DNA from: Patescibacteria group bacterium
Lineage (GTDB): Bacteria > Patescibacteriota > Patescibacteriia > 2-02-FULL-49-11
Length of the DNA: 64,000 nucleotides
Assembly (NCBI GenBank): GCA_041645165.1
Contig: JBAZQN010000002.1
Span: forward strand, 53,388-117,387
Direction: 5' to 3'
A model generated the notes under the pieces. That model ran no database searches. It saw only the letters and a list, made by a program, of their open reading frames with translations, and was not told the DNA's origin. Of the stretch, positions 17,520 to 27,606 are shown in pieces (the stretch's first letter is position 1; each line of letters begins with the position of its first letter). The position numbers and the translations under genes were made by a program.

Positions 17520-18647
17520 ATGATTATGATATTCACCTGCACACAAGAAAATCTTCATCGTGGGTTTGGGGTTGTCAGTCATGTGGCGAGCCGTGCCACC
17601 ACCCTTCCCATCCTTTCTAATATTCTCATGGAGATACAAGGCAATACCCTTGTGCTTTCGGCAACCAACCTCGAAATTGGGGTCCAAACAAAAGTGCGGG
17701 GTAGGGCGGAGGAGGAGGGAAAAATTGTAGTGCCCGCAAAACTTATCAGCGAGTGTGTATCGCTTCTTCCGAGAGAAAATGTAAGCATTACCCAAGAAGG
17801 GGAGAATTTAAAGGTGCAAAGCGGATCATTTGAAAACAAAATCCACACCGTTCCCGCCGATGATTTCCCCCTTCTTCCGGTAATAGAAAAGCAAATAGCA
17901 TTCTCTTTGCATCACGCAAAACTAAACGAACTTATTCAAGCCACGCTTTTTGCCGCTTCATTTGATTATACAAGGCCTGAGCTCGCGGGGGTGTATATGC
18001 ACATTGTGAAAGGAAAATTGACCGCCGCGGCCACCAATAGTTACCGTTTGGCTGAAAAAAGCATAGAAATTACAAATCAAACTATTGATCTTCCGGGTGT
18101 AATTATCCCTATCCGCACCATGCAGGAGGTGGCAAGAATACTTCCTTTAAGCCATGCGGACCAAGGTGAAGAAGATATGGTGGAGGTGGTGATTGGCCAG
18201 CACCAGGTGTCATTTATGATGGGGGATACCGTGATGGTGAGCCGGCTTATCGAGGGGCTGTATCCTGCCTATCAGGAGATTATACCCTCTACATATGAAT
18301 CACTCATCACGGTTGAAAAGGAGCTTTTAGCGCAAGCACTGCGCGCGGCAAGTCTGTTTTCAAAATCGGGCATGAATGATATTTCTCTCATGGTACTCCC
18401 CGAAGAGCAGGGGGTGCGGTTGCGCGCGATGAATATCCATGTAGGAGAAAATACCACCGTGGTTCCCGCGAAGGTGGAAGGAAAATCTGATGAAGTAGTG
18501 TTGAATTGGCGCTATCTCGCGGAAGGGCTCGAGAGTATCACGACCGAGTCAGTGAATATAGAAGTCACGAATTCTAAAATCCCCGTGCTTCTCAAACCCT
18601 CAGGAGTGAAAGATCATCTCTACCTCATTATGCCCATTCGGCAGTAA
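17520..18647 (+). CDS. dnaN: DNA polymerase III beta clamp
   Basis: LPILSNIL, ATNLEI, RPELAGV, ATNSYRL, SRLIEG, LIMPIR. Confidence 0.98.
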   Translation: MIMIFTCTQENLHRGFGVVSHVASRATTLPILSNILMEIQGNTLVLSATNLEIGVQTKVRGRAEEEGKIVVPAKLISECVSLLPRENVSITQEGENLKVQSGSFENKIHTVPADDFPLLPVIEKQIAFSLHHAKLNELIQATLFAASFDYTRPELAGVYMHIVKGKLTAAATNSYRLAEKSIEITNQTIDLPGVIIPIRTMQEVARILPLSHADQGEEDMVEVVIGQHQVSFMMGDTVMVSRLIEGLYPAYQEIIPSTYESLITVEKELLAQALRAASLFSKSGMNDISLMVLPEEQGVRLRAMNIHVGENTTVVPAKVEGKSDEVVLNWRYLAEGLESITTESVNIEVTNSKIPVLLKPSGVKDHLYLIMPIRQ

Positions 18648-18753
18648 GGGTGCCTAAAAATAAACTTTTCGTTTCCTTCCTCGTCAACCATGGATGATCT
18701 CTATATCTTATAATTAGTCAGAGCTTTAGTGATATGTTATTTTTTATGGCACC
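18648..18753. mobile_element. MITE family A copy 1 (TSD TAA)
   Basis: TAA-GGGTGCCTAAAAATAA ... TTATTTTTTATGGCACC-TAA. Confidence 0.7.
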
Positions 18754-18764
18754 TAAGGATTCTC

Positions 18765-19676
18765 ATGCGTCCTAAAGGAAAAATTTTAGTGTCTGGGTCC
18801 ATGGTCTACGATAAAATCATGGATTTTCCAGGGCGGTTTGTTGATAATATTATACCTGAGAAAATTCATGCTTTAAGCGTTAATTTTGTTGTGGAGAAAA
18901 TAGAGGTGAAGGTGGGTGGTACAGCCGGAAATATCGCATATAATTTAAAGCTTTTAGGAGAGGAACCAGTCATTTTTTCGCAAGCTGGCAGAGACTTTGG
19001 CGTATATCAGAAATGGCTGCAGCGCCACCGTATTGCGTCCGATGAGATAAGGCTCGTGTCACGCAAGGATACGACAGTAGCCCACATTATCACTGACCGC
19101 GACGATAATCAGATTGCCGCACTGCATTTGGAGACCATGGGAGTACCTTGCGGGATTACTGCACAAAAGGTGAAGCGGCACTTGCCCGTGGCAATGGCGA
19201 TTATCGCGCCCGGCAATGTCACTGATATGATGGATGCGGCAAGGGTGTATAAAACACTAGGGGTGCGGTATATTGCAGACCCGGGACAAGAGATTCCGCT
19301 GTTGTCAGCTCGCGAACTTAATTATTTAATACAAGGAGCCCACGTATTGATCAGTAATGACTATGAATTTGCCCAAATAAAACAAAAGCTTAAACAGAGC
19401 GAGAAGGAAATTTTACGCAATGTAGAAACTATTGTGGTAACACTGGGAGCAAAAGGTTCGCTTATTTATCATAGGGCCCATACGTATACCGTGAAGGCGG
19501 TGCGTCCGAAAAAAGTAGTGGACCCGACTGGTGCAGGAGACGCGTATCGCGCCGGGTTTATTAAAGGCTTAGTCAGCGGGTGGAGCCTGCCGCGATGCGG
19601 TGAATTTGCGTCCTATATCGCGAAATTTCCTGTGGAACATTATGGTACGCAGGAGCATCGATTCAAGGTAAGGTAA
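18765..19676 (+). CDS. PfkB-family carbohydrate/nucleoside kinase (adenosine kinase-like)
   Basis: GGTAGNIAY, DPGQ, TLGAKGS, DPTGAGDAYRAGF. Confidence 0.93.
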   Translation: MRPKGKILVSGSMVYDKIMDFPGRFVDNIIPEKIHALSVNFVVEKIEVKVGGTAGNIAYNLKLLGEEPVIFSQAGRDFGVYQKWLQRHRIASDEIRLVSRKDTTVAHIITDRDDNQIAALHLETMGVPCGITAQKVKRHLPVAMAIIAPGNVTDMMDAARVYKTLGVRYIADPGQEIPLLSARELNYLIQGAHVLISNDYEFAQIKQKLKQSEKEILRNVETIVVTLGAKGSLIYHRAHTYTVKAVRPKKVVDPTGAGDAYRAGFIKGLVSGWSLPRCGEFASYIAKFPVEHYGTQEHRFKVR

Positions 19677-19864
19677 CTACTCACTGGGGCATTCTCCAAT
19701 CCCGCAGTGGAGTCCCCTCTTTTGCATGGTGGGGGTGTCGATGGTCAGTGGGTTGCATGCAGGTGAGGTTAAGAGGTAGAATTTTTACTGAAATCGCGCA
19801 ACATACTATACTGAAAGAGTGCCAGTACCGGCACAATACGTGTATCTGATTTTTAATCCTTTAT

Positions 19865-20710
19865 ATGCGGCTATTCCGCCCACCGCGCATCAATCCTCTA
19901 TTTGCAATGTTCTTATACGGGACGCTCACCGGGGCCTTTGTGACACTCCTCGTCGTCACCCGTTTTTCGCCCCTTGCAGGTTCAGATGACCAAGGAGCGG
20001 TGAAAGGTGTCTCTACTGAAATACAGGCGCAACCGCAGGGTGTGGTATCATTGCGCGCAGTGAGTGCACCTTTGCAGGGAGCGCTTTCGGACGCAGTAGT
20101 GGTGAAACGCGCGATAGACGGCGATACTGTAGAGCTTGAGAGCGGACTGCGGGTGCGCTACATCGGTATGGATAGTCCTGAAATGGCAGAGCGCGGGGTT
20201 GAGGGGTGTTTGGCTACGGCTGCGCAAGAAGCAAATAGTAATTTAGTGCAAGGCAAAACCGTCCGTATGGAACGCGATACCAGCGATAAAGACCGCTACG
20301 GAAGGCTATTGCGGTACGTGTGGCTCGATACTATGCAGATCAATATCATGCTGGTGGAACAAGGGCTTGCGCGCGCGGTGGCCTACCCGCCAGACGTGAA
20401 ATACCAGCAAGAGCTTGCCGCTGCAGAAACGCGCGCAAAAGAAGGGAGGCGCGGGCTTTGGGGAGATTTGTGCCGCACGGCCGCATCCGGCGATGCCACA
20501 GAGGAGCAAACGGTTTCTCCTGCGCTCCCGCCCGTGTCAGAGTGCACTATGAAGGGAAACATTTCGAACGGCGAAAAGATATACCATCTCTCTGGGTGCA
20601 AAAGTTATACAAAAACCGTCATCACGCCCGCAACCGGCGAGCGCTGGTTCTGCACCGAAGAAGAAGCGCGTGCCGCCGGCTGGCGGAAGGCAAAAGATTG
20701 TCCGAATTAG
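19865..20710 (+). CDS. Thermonuclease (SNase) family protein with C-terminal Cys/His domain
   Basis: IDGDT, VRYIGMDSPE, DRYGRLLRY, RRGLW; KGNI ... KIYH ... C ... WFC tail. Confidence 0.93.
   Translation: MRLFRPPRINPLFAMFLYGTLTGAFVTLLVVTRFSPLAGSDDQGAVKGVSTEIQAQPQGVVSLRAVSAPLQGALSDAVVVKRAIDGDTVELESGLRVRYIGMDSPEMAERGVEGCLATAAQEANSNLVQGKTVRMERDTSDKDRYGRLLRYVWLDTMQINIMLVEQGLARAVAYPPDVKYQQELAAAETRAKEGRRGLWGDLCRTAASGDATEEQTVSPALPPVSECTMKGNISNGEKIYHLSGCKSYTKTVITPATGERWFCTEEEARAAGWRKAKDCPN
20637..20710 (+). repeat. Direct repeat, left copy (3' end of the nuclease gene)
   Basis: 68/74 identity with 22763-22836. Confidence 0.95.
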
Positions 20711-20759
20711 TAGTATATACTATTATTACCAGCCAACCATTGTTCATCGTGATATAGCA

Positions 20760-21503
20760 TTATGTTAATGCATTCCACATTAGTTCAAATGCTGATCGTT
20801 GCATCTCATTAATTTCTTTGCTTTCAATAATAACACCCATAAAATTTTCTCGGTATGAGACGAGCGCCACTTTATTAGCGTAAATTTCAGTATCAGCGTT
20901 GAAAATAAAGTTTTTGCTTGTAATAATTTTAATCTCTCGTAGATCCTTCAAGCTCGACGTTTCCCAATCTCGAGCTGCTTGAGAGTCGTATGCAATAGCA
21001 CGCAGTCTTATTTTTTTCCTCACTCGTTCTCCTACATACCATCGGTAATATTCATAGGGCATGAGCTGATAAAAATTTGTAAGGCCTGTGTAGCTCAGGA
21101 TAGTACCACCATCAAGGGTACAATCGAGTGTATCTTGATAGAGTTCTTTCATTCCACCCATACCTTCGTAGTATGTAATTCTCGGTTTTTGTGGGAGTAC
21201 GTTATGAACCGCACGTAGTTCAGGCAAGAGATTCTCGATAGCCCTCTTTTGTTCATCAACATTCCGCCCGAGCTGTCTCACGTCCTCGATGAAATAGAAC
21301 CGTTTCTTCCCTTGAATGCCTGTTTTGATAAATCCCTCGCGGATCATTTCGGGAAGCAAGTTGTATACAGTCGTTCTCTTCAAGGACGATTTTTTTGCAA
21401 TATCAATTACCGACCCCTTCCCAAGTTCAAGAAGTGCCACATACATCAGCGCTTTTTTATCCGAGAATCCAATATCTTGCAACGATTTTTTCAATGATGT
21501 CAT
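20760..21503 (-). CDS. TrmB-family transcriptional regulator 2
   Basis: IGFSDKKALMYVALLELG ... KRTTVY; ITYYEG; IYANKVA; FELMW. Confidence 0.93.
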   Translation of the reverse strand: MTSLKKSLQDIGFSDKKALMYVALLELGKGSVIDIAKKSSLKRTTVYNLLPEMIREGFIKTGIQGKKRFYFIEDVRQLGRNVDEQKRAIENLLPELRAVHNVLPQKPRITYYEGMGGMKELYQDTLDCTLDGGTILSYTGLTNFYQLMPYEYYRWYVGERVRKKIRLRAIAYDSQAARDWETSSLKDLREIKIITSKNFIFNADTEIYANKVALVSYRENFMGVIIESKEINEMQRSAFELMWNALT

Positions 21504-21527
21504 AAATGTCTACTAAAGTGGACATTT
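21504..21527. promoter_or_regulatory. Candidate TrmB2 operator (second site 21618-21634)
   Basis: AAATGTCTAC-TAAA-GTGGACATTT (9/10 arms) abutting the trmB ATG; GTCTA-N7-TAGAC nearer the cargo gene. Confidence 0.6.
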
Positions 21528-21699
21528 ATATTTTGCCCTGTGTATGTAAAAAAGTCAAATAAATCTAGTATAAAATATTATTATAAGTCAGATAATTATA
21601 ATGTTTATTGTTTTTTTGTCTAGTTCTAATAGACTAAATAAAGTCAAAAAACAACTCAGGAATTCATTTATAGTACATTAACAAAAGAAAGGAACAAAT

Positions 21700-22704
21700 A
21701 TGATCAAAACTTTTGATGATATTCTATTCCCACTCCAAATGAGATGGGAATATGCACTGGGAAATGTTGCTTCGGATAGCCGCGGTGAGTTTGATAAAAA
21801 GCAATTTAATGAGCGCGCGCCACGCCTCTATCCTGGCTTTAATCACGTTGCGCCACATCCTCGTATCGGTGTCATGAACTTAATGATACCAGTGGGATGT
21901 AATGCCACTTGTCCAAATATCTGCTATACGGATATTGGAAAGCGGAGGCGTACCACAGAGCATTTGACGTTTCGCCAGATTCTCGGACTTCTGGAACAAT
22001 TCCGCTCTTTAGGCGGAAAACTTGTACGAATCGTGGGCGATGGCGAGCCGGTTCTGTATCGAGAACTCCCTCAACTTTGCCAATGGGTATGGGAGAAGGG
22101 GTTGAATCTTGTTATATTCTCGAATGGGGTTCTTATGCCGCAGTCGATGCTACAGGAGTATGAGCGAGGTAATTTGTACTTCTACATTAAACTCTGGAGT
22201 GAGAGAATAGATGTACAAAAGGCGATGGTTGCTCCAAAGATTCCATATCGTTATCAGGATGGTGATATTGGACTAGCACCTTCTTCCTTTTATCAACTTT
22301 ACGAAATTGATTTATCAAGAGTTGGTTTTCAAGTAATGTTCTCCTCACTGAATGAGGAGGATGCGTGGCGGATTGTACAAGGACCCAAAAGCAAGCTCCC
22401 GCTCTTAGTGGAGAATTTTATAGCTCAAGGAGCTGGCGCAGGACACACCGAACTCACTCCGAGAGTGGTATCGCCGGCAACAAAAGCATGCACACAGCCA
22501 GAGAGGAGCTCTTATTTATGCGTCGTTAATTCTTGTGGCCGATTACAGGCGGGGACATTTGTTCCTGAGGGTGCCATCCCTATTATTGGGCAACTGACTG
22601 ATGTGTGGAGTTCAATTTTCACCTCGCATGAGCCTTTCTTCGAGGCAAGATATCCGGCAGAACCTGGATGCTTCTGTGAACGATTCCGTTCACAACACCG
22701 TTGA
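21700..22704 (+). CDS. Radical SAM protein with CX3CX3C motif
   Basis: GCNATCPNICY, RIVGDGEP, FSNG, C-terminal Cys residues. Confidence 0.85.
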   Translation: MIKTFDDILFPLQMRWEYALGNVASDSRGEFDKKQFNERAPRLYPGFNHVAPHPRIGVMNLMIPVGCNATCPNICYTDIGKRRRTTEHLTFRQILGLLEQFRSLGGKLVRIVGDGEPVLYRELPQLCQWVWEKGLNLVIFSNGVLMPQSMLQEYERGNLYFYIKLWSERIDVQKAMVAPKIPYRYQDGDIGLAPSSFYQLYEIDLSRVGFQVMFSSLNEEDAWRIVQGPKSKLPLLVENFIAQGAGAGHTELTPRVVSPATKACTQPERSSYLCVVNSCGRLQAGTFVPEGAIPIIGQLTDVWSSIFTSHEPFFEARYPAEPGCFCERFRSQHR

Positions 22705-22762
22705 GAAAATGTAAGTCGGAATGATTGATATCCTCGTGAATCATTCCGACTCCTTTTTGTAA

Positions 22763-22836
22763 GCGAGCGTTGGTTCTGCACCGAAGAAGAGGCACGTGCC
22801 GCCGGCTGGAGGAGGGCAAAAGATTGTCCGAATTAA
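22763..22836 (+). repeat. Direct repeat, right copy (orphan nuclease 3' end)
   Basis: Encodes ERWFCTEEEARAAGWRRAKDCPN-stop. Confidence 0.95.
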
Positions 22837-22893
22837 ATTAAGCCCCGCATTTTAGTGGCGTACACTGGCCCCTGTTCTGGCGAAAAAGGAATT

Positions 22894-22934
22894 AAAAAAG
22901 CAGGAGTGACGAAAGATCACATCCCCTGCTTTTT
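22894..22934. terminator. Bidirectional terminator-like hairpin
   Basis: AAAAAAGCAGG ... CCTGCTTTTT. Confidence 0.6.
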
Positions 22935-23004
22935 CGAGCTCACGAAGCCTTTTGTGGCTTCATTTTTAAACACTTTATTGTGTTATCTAAACTTTGCATG
23001 CGAT

Positions 23005-25905
23005 TTACGGAACAATTTCGATATCGATGGTATTGCCTTCGGTGACCGTGCCGTCGGTGTGGGTGAGCACCGCGGAAAGGCGGTAGCGGCCGAGGCTGGG
23101 CGCTTCTTCCCAGATGAGACTCGAGCGCTCGCCTTGCGTGTTGGCAACGCCTAAGAATATAGTTTGATTGGTGGCGAGATTGCGCAGATACAGGTCAACT
23201 TTGGCAATCGTCGCATCGCCTCGCCCGGTAAGCACGATCGGCTGGGGGTATGCGTTCGCCTGCAGGGAAGCGCCTGGTGCGGGTTTCACCCATTCGATGG
23301 CAGATGTGCCAGTGTTGCGCGCTACGGTAATGGGAACGCTCACCATGCGGCTGTTGTCGATGTCGTCAAACGCAGTCACGGTGAGATTATACGCGCCGTC
23401 TCCTAAAGCCCGGAGCGGCACTGCGGCAGTGAAGGGCGGAGATTTGAGTGTGGCAAGCAGCTGATTGTTCACGCTCACCTCAATGCGGCTTAATCCCCGC
23501 GGCGCCGAGGCATTTGCCGCGACCGTCACCTCCTGTCCCGTCACTGTGGTGCGTTCGCTCGGGCTATTGACAGTTAATGTGGGGCGGTTTGTTTCCGTAT
23601 GGAGGTCATCGTATGCGATGGGCGGCGTAATGGTGGAGGGCGTAAAGCCATTTGCGGCAGCCCAGCGCTGTACCGCCTCTTCCCAAGTGTAGTATTGGGG
23701 ATCATCAAGTGGGTTCGTGGGTGTGGGGCCTAAAGGATCGCTCTTGTTTACATAGTGGAGGATGTTGTGCACCGCGCCCGTGCGGTATTCCATAATGAAG
23801 GAAGCAGGCGTGAGGTCGGTCGCAAGTTTTCCTGAGGCGCGGTCAATGCGGATGAGTGTATCGCCTTCCACCCTGCCGTTGAGCATGGGTTTTTGGGGAA
23901 GTGAAAGGGGGTCTGGTTGTGGGAATTGCTCAATGGGCGCCTTCTCCAGTGCGCGCTTCATGAACGTGTTCCAAATTGGCGCAGCCACCACAGATCCGTC
24001 CGCGCCTTTCTTCATGCTGGTGAAATCGTTATTCCCCACCCATACGCCTGCGGCAAGCGAAGGAGTAAAGCCGATGGTCCATGCGTCCCGGAAATCGTTG
24101 GTCGTGCCGGTCTTCGCGGCCACCGGCCGGTCGCCCAGCTGCAGTTTGCTCTGCGCCCCAAACATGAACGTGCGCGCATTATTATCCGACATGATATTGG
24201 TGACTTGAAGCGCTACCTGTTTTGGCACAACTTCTCTTCCCTCATCTTGGGCCGCTTTCCAGATTGTTTTCCCGTCCTTGTCTTGGATAGCGAGCAGCGC
24301 AATCGGCGTATGGTATATGCCGCCTTGGCCAAGCGAGGACAGGGCTGCGGTATGTTCCAGAAGTTTTATCTCTCCCCCGCCCAAGACCAGCGACAAGCCG
24401 AAGCGGGAGCGGTCAGAGAGTGTGGTATATCCCATTTTTTCAGCTTGAGTAAGCACTTGATCCACTCCGGCAAGGTACAGGGCTTTTACCGCAGGCGTGT
24501 TGAGGGATCCGGCAAGCGCGGTGCGGATGGATACTGGCCCGCGCTCCTTGCCGTCATAGTCGTGCGGCGCGTAGTCTTTTTCAATGTCAGTTTTGAATAC
24601 CGTATCCACATCGAAAAGGATGGTATCAGGGGAATAGCCGCCCCGTGTAAGAAGTGTCGCGTATACAATGGGTTTGAATGATGACCCCGGTTGGCGCGGG
24701 GAGAGCACGACATTGAAATTCCCGTCATGTTTCGTGTCAAAATAGTCGCGCGATCCCACCATAGCGAGTATTTCGCCGTTTGTGGCATTCATGGCAATCA
24801 TTGCGGCGTTCGTCGCTTTAAAATCTTTTTCATTCCTTTTCACGCCTTCGGTGACCGCTTCCTCGGCTATTTTTTGGAGTTTGAGATCAAGCGTGGTCAC
24901 GACTTTTAAGCCGCCTTGCTGGACCTGTATTTCTCCATAGCGTTCGGTCAATAGCTCCCGTATAAACATCACGAAGTGAGGAGCGGTGATGGCGTCCTTG
25001 AATGGCTGAAACGCGATTTTTTCTTTTTTTGCGGCTTCTGCATCCTCTTTGCTGATATAGCCTTGTTCCGCCATCTGGCCGAGGAGGTATTGCTGCGCGG
25101 TAAAAAGTTCTTTCGTGTGGGTGCCGTACGGCGAGTAGTAGGTGGGGGCTTTGGGGATGACCGCAAGCGCTGCAGCCTCGGCAAGCGACACGTCGTGCGC
25201 CGATTTGCCGAAATAGGTCTTCGCCGCAGCCTCGATTCCGTAGTTTGAGCCGCCATAGGGAATCTCATTCAGGTACATCTCGAGAATTTTGTCTTTCGTA
25301 AAGGCATGCTCCATGCGCCACGTGAGCACCACTTCCTTGATTTTGCGCGTGAATGTTTTTTCGTTCGTGAGCACTGCATTTTTTACGAATTGCTGGGTGA
25401 GTGTGCTGCCGCCGCCTCCTGAGGGGCCGAGGTTTACCACATAGCGGAATACAGAACGCACAATGCCGCGGATGGAAATACCCTGATGGTTATAGAAATT
25501 GCGGTCCTCCCGCACGATCGTCGCCCATTTCAGGTATTCCGGAATTTCATTGAGGGCAATGGGAGTCCGTTTTTCGTCTGAATACAGCTCATAGAGCACG
25601 GTGGCGCCGGTGCGGTCATAGATTTTGGTTGAAAGGGGCGTAGGGCGTTCAATGATGCCGGTAGTGCTCGGCAGTCCTCGGGTAAGCCAAAACAGCGCGC
25701 CCGCCGTTGCGGGCAGCGCAATAAGCGTAGTGATAATGATTGCGCGAAGCGCTTTCTTTTTTATGCCGCGGTGGGGCAGGTGCGGGGTGCGGGAAGCGCG
25801 GCGCGGCGCAAGAGCTACCGTATGGTCGCGGTAGCCGCGCCAAGAACGGGGCGATTGAGTGCGTTGGAGAGGAGGGATGGGCATGTTAAGAAAATCAAAA
25901 TGCAA
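23005..25905 (-). CDS. Class A penicillin-binding protein (PBP1A family) with C-terminal Ig-like domains; start may be 25884
   Basis: EDRNFYNH, GGSTLTQQ, RKIKE, YLNEI; SSFK, SLN and KTGT transpeptidase motifs; beta-rich tail. Confidence 0.95.
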   Translation of the reverse strand: MHFDFLNMPIPPLQRTQSPRSWRGYRDHTVALAPRRASRTPHLPHRGIKKKALRAIIITTLIALPATAGALFWLTRGLPSTTGIIERPTPLSTKIYDRTGATVLYELYSDEKRTPIALNEIPEYLKWATIVREDRNFYNHQGISIRGIVRSVFRYVVNLGPSGGGGSTLTQQFVKNAVLTNEKTFTRKIKEVVLTWRMEHAFTKDKILEMYLNEIPYGGSNYGIEAAAKTYFGKSAHDVSLAEAAALAVIPKAPTYYSPYGTHTKELFTAQQYLLGQMAEQGYISKEDAEAAKKEKIAFQPFKDAITAPHFVMFIRELLTERYGEIQVQQGGLKVVTTLDLKLQKIAEEAVTEGVKRNEKDFKATNAAMIAMNATNGEILAMVGSRDYFDTKHDGNFNVVLSPRQPGSSFKPIVYATLLTRGGYSPDTILFDVDTVFKTDIEKDYAPHDYDGKERGPVSIRTALAGSLNTPAVKALYLAGVDQVLTQAEKMGYTTLSDRSRFGLSLVLGGGEIKLLEHTAALSSLGQGGIYHTPIALLAIQDKDGKTIWKAAQDEGREVVPKQVALQVTNIMSDNNARTFMFGAQSKLQLGDRPVAAKTGTTNDFRDAWTIGFTPSLAAGVWVGNNDFTSMKKGADGSVVAAPIWNTFMKRALEKAPIEQFPQPDPLSLPQKPMLNGRVEGDTLIRIDRASGKLATDLTPASFIMEYRTGAVHNILHYVNKSDPLGPTPTNPLDDPQYYTWEEAVQRWAAANGFTPSTITPPIAYDDLHTETNRPTLTVNSPSERTTVTGQEVTVAANASAPRGLSRIEVSVNNQLLATLKSPPFTAAVPLRALGDGAYNLTVTAFDDIDNSRMVSVPITVARNTGTSAIEWVKPAPGASLQANAYPQPIVLTGRGDATIAKVDLYLRNLATNQTIFLGVANTQGERSSLIWEEAPSLGRYRLSAVLTHTDGTVTEGNTIDIEIVP

Positions 25906-25993
25906 AATTCAAAACTCAAAATAGGGATATTCCGTCCCGCCTTGGCGGGATTCCATAATTTTAATTTTTGGTCTCTGGTTTTTGAATTTTTGC
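25891..25993. repeat. Heptamer-flanked hairpin element (copy 2, inverted)
   Basis: AAAATCAAAATGCAAAATTCAAAA ... TCCCGCCTTGGCGGGATTCCATAATT ... TTTTGAATTTTTGC. Confidence 0.7.
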
Positions 25994-26044
25994 TCCTCTA
26001 GCCATTATACCAGATGTCGGCTACAATGGTGACAGGCTTACTTA

Positions 26045-26142
26045 GGCGCCTAAAAAATAACATATCCAGCCATCTGCGTCATGCCAGATGAAAATAAGGA
26101 CAAACCTTTGAAATAAGTGAAATGTTATTTTTTTAAGCGCCC
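26045..26142. mobile_element. MITE family A copy 2 (TSD TTA)
   Basis: TTA-GGCGCCTAAAAAATAACAT ... ATGTTATTTTTTTAAGCGCCC-TTA. Confidence 0.75.
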
Positions 26143-26159
26143 TTATTTATCATCTCATT

Positions 26160-27374
26160 ATGGAGGCGCGAAGCGCAAAATCTAAAGAGGATATAAAAGA
26201 ACTTCTTGACCGCGGCACTGCGGATGTCATTGACCGGAACCATATTGCGGGAAGGCTTTCAGAGGACAAAAAATTGAGGGTGAAGCTTGGGATTGACCCT
26301 TCAGGCACTGATTTGCACTTGGGGCATGCCGTCGTGGTGCGCAAATTGAGGCAATTCCAGCTCCGCGGCCATACGGTGGTGCTGATCATCGGCGATTGGA
26401 CCGCGCGGATAGGCGACCCGTCAGGAAGGAAGGAAACGCGGCCACAGCTTACCCCACAAGAAGTGAAAGCAAATGCGGAAAAGTATCTTTCCCAATTGTC
26501 GCTCATTCTTGATTTAAATAAGGTAGAGGTGCGGTGGCAGAGCGAGTGGTATAATACGTTCACGCTGCAGACTGTTATCGAGCTTGCGGCAAAATTTACC
26601 GTACAACAACTCCTGCAGCGGGATGATTTTAAGGAGAGGATAAAGGCGGGTATTGATGTGCGCTATCATGAGCCGCTCTATTGCCTCCTTCAGGGTTATG
26701 ATTCGGTTGCGGTAAAGGCTGATCTTGAACTTGGCGGCAATGATCAGCTCTTTAATCTTCTCAAAGGGCGCGAGGTGCAGGAGTGGTATAAGCAACCGAT
26801 GCAGGATGTGCTCACCATGCCGCTCCTCATAGGACTCGATGGCGCACAGAAGATGGGCAAGAGCCTTAAGAATTACATCGCGCTTGCGGATGCGCCCCGT
26901 GAGATGTATGGGAAAATCATGTCGCTGCCCGATGATCTCATCATCCATTATTTCACGCTTACCACCGATCTTCCCTTTCTCGAAGTCCGAACCATGGAAG
27001 AGCAGTTAAAGAAAGGAAAAGTAAATCCGCGGGATCTCAAATCGCGCTTAGCCCGCGAAGTTATCACGCTCTATCATGGCGCCGCGCGCGCCCAAGAAGC
27101 CGAGGTAGAATTCGTACGAGTGTTCCGTAATCATGAATTGCCGGAAGATATGACAGAAGTCGCGCTCATGGGCGAGGAGTGGCGGCCTGATGCATTGCTC
27201 ATGGCGCTGCATTTAGTGTCAAGCAAGGCGGAAGCGCAGCGCGTGATCGGGCAGAAAGGGATGAAATGCGCAGGTGTGATAATTAAAGACTGGAAGCAGG
27301 TCGTCACCGTGAAGGATGGCGATGTGGTACAGGTGGGGAAGCGCCGATGCGCAAGGGTGAAGATTTCAAAGTGA
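26160..27374 (+). CDS. tyrS: Tyrosine--tRNA ligase
   Basis: GIDPSGTDLHLGH, LQGYDS, GGNDQ, KMGKS, S4 tail. Confidence 0.98.
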   Translation: MEARSAKSKEDIKELLDRGTADVIDRNHIAGRLSEDKKLRVKLGIDPSGTDLHLGHAVVVRKLRQFQLRGHTVVLIIGDWTARIGDPSGRKETRPQLTPQEVKANAEKYLSQLSLILDLNKVEVRWQSEWYNTFTLQTVIELAAKFTVQQLLQRDDFKERIKAGIDVRYHEPLYCLLQGYDSVAVKADLELGGNDQLFNLLKGREVQEWYKQPMQDVLTMPLLIGLDGAQKMGKSLKNYIALADAPREMYGKIMSLPDDLIIHYFTLTTDLPFLEVRTMEEQLKKGKVNPRDLKSRLAREVITLYHGAARAQEAEVEFVRVFRNHELPEDMTEVALMGEEWRPDALLMALHLVSSKAEAQRVIGQKGMKCAGVIIKDWKQVVTVKDGDVVQVGKRRCARVKISK

Positions 27375-27384
27375 AATTATATAT

Positions 27385-27413
27385 TTGCAAAGAAAGAAAT
27401 TTTGTGTTATACT
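27385..27413 (+). promoter_or_regulatory. Sigma70 promoter with extended -10
   Basis: TTGCAA-17 nt-TATACT preceded by TGn. Confidence 0.65.
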
Positions 27414-27606
27414 ATCATTATCTATAATAAAAACAAATAAAAGAAACAATGAAGGAAGATAAGACCGCGAACTTCATTGTGCGTGACATTTATAGGGAGA
27501 AATCATGCCATCCTTTGTTTTATTATCCCTTTCCTTACCGTATTCGGTAGGAATTTTTATTTTAAAGGTCTTTGCTTTAACAGTTTAAAATATAAAAATA
27601 AAAACT

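Noticed and set aside
19677-19864. Riboswitch or ncRNA upstream of the nuclease gene
   Set aside because: GC-rich, but I could not recognise a known fold or consensus; an Rfam scan would be needed.
20637-22836. DGR template/variable repeat pair
   Set aside because: Differences are not confined to adenines of one copy, are nearly all silent, and no reverse transcriptase is in the window.
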